Positions 34,964 through 41,842 of a stretch of 64,000 nucleotides of DNA are shown here, piece after piece (position 1 is the stretch's first letter; each line of letters starts with the position of its first letter). The notes under the pieces were generated by a model. That model was not told where the DNA came from. It made no database searches and worked only from the letters and a program-made list of their open reading frames with translations. Location of the stretch: contig JBKQHU010000132.1 in NCBI GenBank assembly GCA_052148655.1, forward strand, positions 22,813 through 86,812, given 5' to 3'. Source of the stretch: Acidimicrobiales bacterium. GTDB taxonomy: Bacteria; Actinomycetota; Acidimicrobiia; Acidimicrobiales; Bog-793. The translations under genes and the position numbers were made by a program.

Positions 34964-35788
34964 TCAGATAAGCTTGAGAGCCAGCTGGGGGAGCTGTTGG
35001 GCCTGAGCCAGGACCGAGATACCCGACTGCTCGAGGATCTGCAGAGAGGTGAACTGCGATGTCGCCTGGGCGACGTTCACATCCACCAGGTCCGCGTGTG
35101 CCGAGGTCAGGTTCTGCTGGGCGACCGCGACGTTGTTGGACAACGCCTGGATCTGGTTCTGCGAGGAACCGACGGCGGCAGCCGCGGACGCCAGGGTGTT
35201 GATGGCGGCCTGAACAGATGCCATCGCTGCCGTCGCTGACGCGACCGTGGCGATGCTCAGTCCCGACACATTGAGCCCGGTCGAGGTCGTGGTCACGAAG
35301 TTGACGCCGACTGCGTCGGCCGCTGCGTTCGTCGGGCCGACCTGGAAAGTCAGCGTAGGGTTCGAGCCGTCCAGCAGGTTGACCCCAGCGTACGTGGTCG
35401 ACGACGCGATCTGGTCCAGCTGGGAGATGAGGGAGCTGAACTCCTGGTTGTCGGCAGCAGCCGCGGTCGTGTCCTTCTCGGTGGTGGTGTTCGCCGCCTG
35501 GGTTGCGAGGGTGTTCGCCTGCTGGAGGATGGCCTCCTGCTGGTTCATCGCGCCCTCAGCGGTCTGAAGCACCGAGACAGCCGTCTGGGCGTTGCCCTCG
35601 GCAGCGCCGTAGCCGTTGATCTCCGACTGAAGGGACTGGGCAATCGAGTAGCCCGCCGGGTTGTCGGACGCGGTCTGGATCTGCAGGCCGGAACTCAGTT
35701 GACCGACGACACTGGACAAAGCATTGTCCGTGGCGTCGAGGTTGTTCTCCGCTCCCAAGGCGGCGATGTTGTCGTTGATGAGCAGCAT
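34964..35788 (-). CDS. fliC: flagellin (274 aa)
   Basis: ATG at 35788 has AAGGAGGA upstream. N-terminal MLLINDNIAALGAENNL...LSSGLQIQTASDNPAG...LQTAEGAM and a C-terminal flagellin block ...QATSQFTSLQILEQSGISVLAQAQQLPQ. Confidence 0.93.
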   Translation of the reverse strand: MLLINDNIAALGAENNLDATDNALSSVVGQLSSGLQIQTASDNPAGYSIAQSLQSEINGYGAAEGNAQTAVSVLQTAEGAMNQQEAILQQANTLATQAANTTTEKDTTAAAADNQEFSSLISQLDQIASSTTYAGVNLLDGSNPTLTFQVGPTNAAADAVGVNFVTTTSTGLNVSGLSIATVASATAAMASVQAAINTLASAAAAVGSSQNQIQALSNNVAVAQQNLTSAHADLVDVNVAQATSQFTSLQILEQSGISVLAQAQQLPQLALKLI

Positions 35789-35795
35789 TTCCGTG

Positions 35796-35854
35796 TCCTC
35801 CTTGACTGTCGTGGGCCGGCAACCGTACCGGTCCTCTGGTGGCCTTCCTTGGCC
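35796..35854 (-). promoter_or_regulatory. fliC 5' leader: SD AAGGAGGA plus an upstream GGCC-AAGGAA-GGCC mini-hairpin (candidate CsrA sites)
   Basis: Minus-strand reading: ...caGGCCAAGGAAGGCCaccagAGGAcc...gtcAAGGAGGAcacggaaATG. GGA triplets lie in a loop and in the SD. Confidence 0.3.
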
Positions 35855-36023
35855 TGTCAATGCCTACGACCGATTCCGCTCCGGTCTTGCCTGATTCGGC
35901 GGAATTTCTTTGCCGGAGGGCAAAGCCCTCGCGGACCACCCCGATGGCAGTACGAGCCGCGAGGGAGTCGTTAATAGGGAAACCGCTGCGGCACCGGCCC
36001 GCGGTCACGGCACTGGAGGATGA

Positions 36024-39000
36024 GTGGCACTCGTCTCGTTGTGCATGATCATGAAGAACGAGGAGGACGAGCTTCCCCTCGTGCTCGCCTCGGCGGCCGG
36101 CCTGGCCGACGAGATCGTGATCTACGACACCGGCTCGACCGACCGGTCCGTCGCCCTGGCACGCGAGCTCGGCGCCACCGTCATAGAGGGTTACTGGAAC
36201 GACGACTTCTCCCGGGCCCGGAATCAGGCGCTCGAGCATTGCGCCGGCGACTGGATCCTCTGGCTCGATGCCGACGAGGCGATCCACGGCGAGGTAGTCG
36301 CCTTCCGTGCCCGCCTCGCGAGCGACCGAACCTTCGACTGCTACCTCGTGCCCATCGAGTCCATCGAAGGTGGCGGCCTCGGGGCCCGACAGGCCTTTTA
36401 CGCCGCCCGGGTGTTCCGTCGCCGGAGCTGTCACTGGCACGGGCCTATTCACGAACAGGTCGGGCTGCGCGACACGGACGCCCACCCGCTCTCTGCCATC
36501 TGTTCAGAGCTGCGGATCCTGCACCGCGGCTACACGAAGCTCAAGTTCAAGTCAAAGGACCTCGTGAAGCGGAACCTGCGCATCGCAAAGGCCGCCCTGG
36601 ACGACCCCGGCGTTGACCGAGCGCGGGCACTGTTCGACTACGGTCGCACACTTGTCGAAAGCGACGACCCCCGCGCCGGGATCGCGCCCCTCCGGGAGGC
36701 TGCCGACACGACGGCGTTCCCGTCCGTGCGAAGAGCCGCGTTGAGGACGATCTTCGATCTGCACGTCGCCTACGACGAGTTCAGCGAGGCGTCCGCCATC
36801 GTCGCTGAAATCCGCCAGGGCCTCGTCAGGACGATCGGCGCCGACGTGCTCGATGTGAAGCTGCGCTTGGCGAAGAAGGACTTCGAGGCGTGTCTCGAAG
36901 CGATCGACCGCCTGCCCTTCGCCGACACCGACGAGGACGGTTTCGAACTGGGCCGGGCCTCGGTCGCCTGGGCCAAGGCACAAGCCCTTGACGCTCTCGG
37001 GCGCCCCGGCGAGGCAACGGACGCGCTCCTCGACGTGCTGCGCACTCACGGACAGCTCGACGTGAGCCTGGCGTACCTCGTGGAGTTGCTGCACAGGGCC
37101 GGGCAGAGCGGCTCAGAAGTCGCTCGAAAGGCACGCCCCGAGTCGATGCCAGTTCTTGTCGCAACAGCAAGCCTGCTTGCGCCCGCAGACGCCGACGAAA
37201 TGCTCGCTTCGTTCGCCGAGGCTTACCCGGACCGCCTGGAACCGCTCGCCGCCGCCCGCGAGGTGGCCGCAAGACTGAGCGTGCCGAGGGCGATGTGGTG
37301 GTCGGACCGCCTGCGCCGGGCTGGGCTCGGCGACATGTGCCCGCTCCTGCGGATCGTTCAGGACGAGACGCTCGCGCCCTCGTTCCGGCTGCTGGCCGCG
37401 GCGGGAGGCTATCTGTCCTTCAAAGACCAGCGCTTCGTCCTGCCGTCGCGCGCCGCGCTGGCGGCGATCGGCGCAGAAGGCCGCGCCGGCGCCATCGAGC
37501 AGGTAAAGGCCATCTCGCCCGCGCTCGCCGAGCTCATGGCCGCCACCACCGAGGCCGTGCGGCTGTCTCGCCAGGGCTCGACCGCCGAGGGCTACCGGTG
37601 CTTCGCGACAGGGCCGGGGGCCACCGCTCAAGCCGTGGCCCCAGGCAAGTTGCCTCTCCGTACCGCGACAGTGCATGAGCTGGTAGCCGAGGACGTTCTC
37701 TCGTCGGTCCGCCATGAAAGCGCGGGCGCGGTCCTGTCCGAGTGGGCGCGGGTCGTGTGCGACGGTGGCCGTCTTAGTCTCGCCGTGGCGAACCTCGAAG
37801 CTGTCCCCGACCTCCTCGCCGACGGTCGAGTGACCGAGCTGCGCCGCCTTTTGTTCGGCGGGCGCCGCTTCGGCGACGACGGCGCGGACGAGGCCAACGC
37901 GGACGCCTGGTCGCCCGAGGAGCTCCGGTGGGCGCTCACGAGCGTCGGCTTCGAGATCGAGAGGTTCGATGCCGGTGACATGATCACCGTGTCCGCCCGG
38001 CGGGCCGCGATCGTGGCAAGACGGGCGGCCGGCCAAACTCCGCCTGTCTGCGTGCTCGTCACCTCTACGGACGGCGCCGATGCCCTGCTCGGCCGGCTGC
38101 GGGCACTTTGTGGTACCGACGCCGGTGTCGACTTCGAGACCGTCGTGCTCGTCAACGGGCCCGACGAGGCTTCCCGCGCCCTCGTCGCCGCTCTCGAGGG
38201 CGACGTGACGGTGGCGGCCAGCCCGGTTGTGCTGGACCCGGCGGCCGCTTTCGACGAAGCTGCCCGCTTCGCCCGGGCCGATACCCTCGCCGTTCTTTCT
38301 CCGCGCGCCCGGCCCACCACCGGTTGGCTCGCCCGCCTCGTCGCCCCTCTCGGCGACCCGACCATCGCCCTCAGCGGCGCGGCGGTGATCGACGAGGGCG
38401 AGCTGATCGTCCACGCGGGCTTCGACCTCGTCGGAAACTGCGCCACGCCGTCCCTCGAAGCCGCGCCGCGCTCTTCCTACCTGCGCGCCGAGGGCGCCCT
38501 CGGTTGCGACGCCGACGTCGAGGCGTTGGGGGCGGAGGCCTTCGCCCTGAGGCGTGATCTCTGGGAGGAGCTCCGCGGCCTTGCCCCCGGGTGGTCCGAA
38601 ACCGACGCCGTGATCGACTTGTGCCTGCGGGCGCGCTCGTCGAGCCTGCGCTGCGTCGTGGCGGCCGGCTGTGCGGTCACCGCAGACGCCGCGGACGAGG
38701 ACGCCTCGAGCCGTGAGCGGCTGGCATGGTACTGGGCCGGGCGCACCACCTTGCAGCCCCCGCGGGCGCGGCGCGTCTCGGCCTCGAGCCTCATGCCGAC
38801 CTCGACGCTCATCGAGCGGATCTCGACGGTGATGGCAGTGCCGGCGGTGCCGCGCCCAGGTGGGGTCAACCTCGTCGGCGACTTCGCCGACTCCAGGGTC
38901 CAGTCCTACGTGGCCGCCCTATCGCGCACGGGAGCCCGCTGCTCCCGGCTGCAATGGGCGGGTGGGCTGCCGGCAGCGGTCGGTGACGACACCGCCTTCG

Positions 39001-39956
39001 CCTACTCGACCACCTTGCTGGCGCTCGACGGCGACCAGCTCGTCGACTACGTCGGTGAGGTGGGTCTCGACTCCCTGCGCAACCGCCGCACCATCCTCGC
39101 CTGGGAGTGGCCGCTCGGCCGGCCGCTTGCGACCTGCGCCGCCGAGGCATCGATGGTCGGCGAGATCTGGGTCCCGAGCTCGTTCTCGGAAAAGGCGCTC
39201 AAGTCGGTGTCCTCACGACCGGTCTTTCGTGTCCCGCCCCCTGTCGTGGTCCCTCACGAGGCGTCGAGACGAGACGGCCGTCTGCCTGAAGGCTTCGTCT
39301 TCGCGGCCGTCGCCCGCCTCGGGCGCTCGAGGCCGGGCGACGAGGCGCTCGCCAACCCCCTCGACACCATCGAAGCCTTCCTGAGCGCCTTCCCGCCCGG
39401 ATCCGGCCCCGTCCTTTGCGTCGTCCTACACGGCCGTAGGACCCAGGCGATCGCCGAGAACTGCAGGCTCTTCGCCAACGGGCGCCGGGACGTCCTCGTC
39501 ATCGAGACCGACTACCCGGCAGTCGCCGACGCCGCCAGCGTGAAGGCGGACTGCCTCGTCTCGCTGCACCGCTCGAGCGCCTTCGGCCATGACATCGCCC
39601 GGGCGATCTCGGTCGGCTGCCCCGTCGTGGCGACCGCCTACGGCGGACCGATGGACTACCTCACCGAGGAGTACGCCGAGCTGGTGCCCTACAGGCTCAC
39701 GACGAGCACCGCCGCCACGTACCCGTTCCCGGCCGGGACCGAATGGGCGGAGCCCGACCTGGACGCCGCGGCCGCGGCTCTACGTCTCGTCCATGACGAC
39801 CTCGCCGAGGCGCGCCGGCGCGCCTGGCAGGGACGCATCGCCGTGACGCGCCTGTGCGGCCCGAAGGCGGCCGCCCGCGCACTGCGCCGGCGCCTGGACG
39901 AACCCTTCGCCGGCTCGGTCGAGGTTCCGAGATCCCGCGCGGGAGCCGTCCGCTAG
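36024..39956 (+). CDS. 1310-aa multi-module enzyme: GT2 + TPR-like repeats + methyltransferase-like segment + second GT2 + GT1/GT4-like module
   Basis: One uninterrupted ORF divergent from fliC. Motifs: LCMIMKNEEDELP..IYDTGSTD..WLDADE; VVCDGGRLSLAV; VCVLVTSTDG..VVLVNGPDE; SVGCPVVATAYGGPMDYL. The start is GTG 36024 or nearby. Confidence 0.8.
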   Translation: MALVSLCMIMKNEEDELPLVLASAAGLADEIVIYDTGSTDRSVALARELGATVIEGYWNDDFSRARNQALEHCAGDWILWLDADEAIHGEVVAFRARLASDRTFDCYLVPIESIEGGGLGARQAFYAARVFRRRSCHWHGPIHEQVGLRDTDAHPLSAICSELRILHRGYTKLKFKSKDLVKRNLRIAKAALDDPGVDRARALFDYGRTLVESDDPRAGIAPLREAADTTAFPSVRRAALRTIFDLHVAYDEFSEASAIVAEIRQGLVRTIGADVLDVKLRLAKKDFEACLEAIDRLPFADTDEDGFELGRASVAWAKAQALDALGRPGEATDALLDVLRTHGQLDVSLAYLVELLHRAGQSGSEVARKARPESMPVLVATASLLAPADADEMLASFAEAYPDRLEPLAAAREVAARLSVPRAMWWSDRLRRAGLGDMCPLLRIVQDETLAPSFRLLAAAGGYLSFKDQRFVLPSRAALAAIGAEGRAGAIEQVKAISPALAELMAATTEAVRLSRQGSTAEGYRCFATGPGATAQAVAPGKLPLRTATVHELVAEDVLSSVRHESAGAVLSEWARVVCDGGRLSLAVANLEAVPDLLADGRVTELRRLLFGGRRFGDDGADEANADAWSPEELRWALTSVGFEIERFDAGDMITVSARRAAIVARRAAGQTPPVCVLVTSTDGADALLGRLRALCGTDAGVDFETVVLVNGPDEASRALVAALEGDVTVAASPVVLDPAAAFDEAARFARADTLAVLSPRARPTTGWLARLVAPLGDPTIALSGAAVIDEGELIVHAGFDLVGNCATPSLEAAPRSSYLRAEGALGCDADVEALGAEAFALRRDLWEELRGLAPGWSETDAVIDLCLRARSSSLRCVVAAGCAVTADAADEDASSRERLAWYWAGRTTLQPPRARRVSASSLMPTSTLIERISTVMAVPAVPRPGGVNLVGDFADSRVQSYVAALSRTGARCSRLQWAGGLPAAVGDDTAFAYSTTLLALDGDQLVDYVGEVGLDSLRNRRTILAWEWPLGRPLATCAAEASMVGEIWVPSSFSEKALKSVSSRPVFRVPPPVVVPHEASRRDGRLPEGFVFAAVARLGRSRPGDEALANPLDTIEAFLSAFPPGSGPVLCVVLHGRRTQAIAENCRLFANGRRDVLVIETDYPAVADAASVKADCLVSLHRSSAFGHDIARAISVGCPVVATAYGGPMDYLTEEYAELVPYRLTTSTAATYPFPAGTEWAEPDLDAAAAALRLVHDDLAEARRRAWQGRIAVTRLCGPKAAARALRRRLDEPFAGSVEVPRSRAGAVR

Positions 39957-39998
39957 CCCGAGACACGCGAACTGTCGCGAACGCCGGGCCGGTATCAA

Positions 39999-40080
39999 GA
40001 ATTCAGAGAAATTTCTCCTCTTTTCGTCACTCTGAGTGACTATACCCCTACTAATCGCGCGCAACTAATGCTATTGTGTC
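39999..40080 (+). promoter_or_regulatory. AT-rich region upstream of fliA with two perfect palindromes and a possible -10 box
   Basis: GAGAAATTTCTC (40006-40017). GTCACTC-T-GAGTGAC (40026-40040). ACTAAT direct repeat (40050-55 and 40064-69). TATTGT (40072-77). The G+C is strikingly lower than the surroundings. Confidence 0.35.
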
Positions 40081-40184
40081 CCCGTACAACCGCTGGACCT
40101 GACGGCTGGAGCCCGTCAGCTCCTTGTGGAGCAGCTGGACTCCTTCGTCTCGTCCCTGGCACGGACGCGAAGGAGGTGTTCCGG

Positions 40185-40994
40185 ATGGGCGCTCGCACCA
40201 GGTCGGTACATCCCCGACACGAAACGCTCGACCAGATCTGGTCGGCGTACGCGAGCGAGAGGGACCTCGTCCACCGGAACGAGCTCATCGTGGCCTACCA
40301 GCCGCTCGTCAACGAGACCGTGCAGCGCCTGCCCTCCTACATCCTCTCCTACTGGGAGCCCGGCGACCTGCGCAGCTTCGGCCAGGACGGGCTCCTGCGG
40401 GCGATCTCACGCTGGGTCGACCCCGACAACTCGAGGTTCGACCAGTACGCCCGCCGCTGCATCAGGGGCGCGATCTTCGACGAGCTGCGGCGGCTCGACT
40501 GGATGCCGCGATCGGCCCGCCAGCGCGTCATCTCCTACAGGAGCACCTATGACTCGCTCGTAGGCGAGCTCGGCTGCAACCCGAAGCCCGAACAGGTCTG
40601 CGCCGCCATGGGGCTCACGGGCCGGCAGGCGACAGAGCTCATGAGCGAGCTGAACGCCTCCCAGCTGCTCCACCTCGAGGGCCGAGCCGCTTCCCAGTCC
40701 CAGAACGACGGTTCTTTCGTGGAGGTCATCTCCGACCAGAGCGCCGAGCCCGAGGCCGAGGTGCTGGCCTCGGCCGAGGTGGAGGCGCTTCAGGAAGCGA
40801 TGGCCACTCTCTGCCCGCGCGAGCACACCGTCCTCTATCTCTCCTTCTTCGCAGGACTCACCCAGGAGCAGATCGGCCTCATCATCGGGGTCGGAGGGCC
40901 CCAGGTGTGCAAGATCCATGGAGCCGCACTGCGCAAGCTGCGCTCGATCCTCGGACCGAGCCGCGAGGCGATGGAGGTGGCGCTCGCCAGCTGA
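40185..40994 (+). CDS. fliA: flagellar sigma factor, FliA/WhiG (sigma-28) family
   Basis: ATG at 40185 has AGGAGG 8 nt upstream. Region 2 block is LIVAYQPLV...DLRSFGQDGLLRAISRW...FDQYARRCIRGAIFDELRRLDW. Region 4 block is LSFFAGLTQEQIGLIIGVGGPQVCKIHGAALRKLR. Confidence 0.9.
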   Translation: MGARTRSVHPRHETLDQIWSAYASERDLVHRNELIVAYQPLVNETVQRLPSYILSYWEPGDLRSFGQDGLLRAISRWVDPDNSRFDQYARRCIRGAIFDELRRLDWMPRSARQRVISYRSTYDSLVGELGCNPKPEQVCAAMGLTGRQATELMSELNASQLLHLEGRAASQSQNDGSFVEVISDQSAEPEAEVLASAEVEALQEAMATLCPREHTVLYLSFFAGLTQEQIGLIIGVGGPQVCKIHGAALRKLRSILGPSREAMEVALAS

Positions 40995-41116
40995 GCAGGC
41001 AGCTCGTCACCACATTCTCCCGCCTGCACGCCGGCCGAGCGCTGCTTGGAGAAGAGCAGCAAGGCCGTAGTAGAACACCCTCAACTGAACAGCCAAGAGC
41101 AAGGAGGAAGAGGAAC

Positions 41117-41221
41117 ATGTTCGACGGTGTCGTCGAGCTGGCCTGCCGGCTCCTGGGCCTCGACATCGGCCCCTTCGCATCGCCCATGACGACCTCGGGG
41201 AACGGTGGCGGTCGACGATGA
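41117..41221 (+). CDS. candidate 34-aa small ORF translationally coupled to the DUF1643 gene
   Basis: ATG is preceded by AAGGAGGAAGAGG. Its stop overlaps the downstream start (ATGA). The peptide is MFDGVVELACRLLGLDIGPFASPMTTSGNGGGRR. No homology is recognised. Confidence 0.3.
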   Translation: MFDGVVELACRLLGLDIGPFASPMTTSGNGGGRR

Positions 41222-41739
41222 CGATCGTCGACGATAGGCAAACCCGGTCCTGGTCCCTCTCGGAGTGCACCCGCTACCGCTACTCGCTCACCCAAAGGTG
41301 GGGGCACGGGGGGCGGCTCATCACCTGGGTCCTCCTGAACCCGTCGCTGGTCGAGGAGACGGTCGACGACCCGACGACACTCAGAGTCGGTGAGTTCTCC
41401 CGCCGCTGGGGCTACGACCGGATGGAGATCGTCAACCTGTTCGCCCTGCGGGCGGCCACGCCCGAGGAACTGGCGCTTGTCGAGGATCCCGTCGGGCCTA
41501 AGAACCTCTCGTTCGTGCGCCAAGCGGTGACCACTGCCGAGCTCGTGGTGGTGGGCTGGGGCGACGGCGTCCAGCACGCCCCGACGCCTCCCGAGACGCT
41601 CGACGAGGTCATCCGCCTGCGCCGGGCCAACACGGCCATGCTCTGCTTCGGAGTCACAGAAGCCGGCAACCCTCTCCATCCCGCCTCACTGGACCGTTCG
41701 AAGATCCCGCTCGTGTGGACCCCGCAAAGGCCCCGTTAG
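41218..41739 (+). CDS. DUF1643 family protein
   Basis: The blocks YRYSLTQRWG, WVLLNPSLVEETVDDPTTLRV, NLFALRAATPEEL, VVVGWG and GNPLHP match my recollection of the DUF1643 pattern. Confidence 0.65.
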   Translation: MTIVDDRQTRSWSLSECTRYRYSLTQRWGHGGRLITWVLLNPSLVEETVDDPTTLRVGEFSRRWGYDRMEIVNLFALRAATPEELALVEDPVGPKNLSFVRQAVTTAELVVVGWGDGVQHAPTPPETLDEVIRLRRANTAMLCFGVTEAGNPLHPASLDRSKIPLVWTPQRPR

Positions 41740-41780
41740 AAAGCCGTTCCTCCCGGCGAGGTGGCCAGCGGACACCCTCT

Positions 41781-41814
41781 CGCTCCGGCTCGGGCGTCGG
41801 CCTGAGCCGGAGCG
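41781..41814. terminator. perfect 11-bp stem hairpin between convergent DUF1643 and pheT genes
   Basis: CGCTCCGGCTC-(12 nt loop)-GAGCCGGAGCG. It lies in the 103-nt convergent spacer. No clear U-tract. Confidence 0.5.
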
Positions 41815-41842
41815 ACAAACGACCTCACCCGCGCTCGACAGC

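Noticed and set aside
35860-35960. A sigma-28 (TAAA-N15-GCCGATAA) promoter upstream of fliC. CCGAAT-containing motifs occur here and again upstream of flgB (about 5864-5871).
   Set aside because: The -10-like strings (GCCGAATC, TCCGAATA) have no TAAA-like element at the required spacing. The flgB one would also place the TSS inside the RBS. I could not support a promoter call.
35870-35960. A possible c-di-GMP (GEMM-type) riboswitch in the fliC upstream region. GGCAAAG, CCGAA and GGCAAGACCGG strings occur on the minus strand.
   Set aside because: There are only scattered short similarities to the GEMM-I consensus, and I could not build the two-helix architecture. It would need a covariance-model scan (Rfam RF01051/RF01786) before it could be claimed.
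5885-41000. The possibility that the flagellar region is a mobile or horizontally acquired island, or contains a defence system, CRISPR array or prophage remnant.
   Set aside because: I found no integrase, transposase, tRNA target, flanking direct repeats or CRISPR-like repeat-spacer pattern. Base composition looks uniform with the flanks, apart from short intergenic AT-rich patches.
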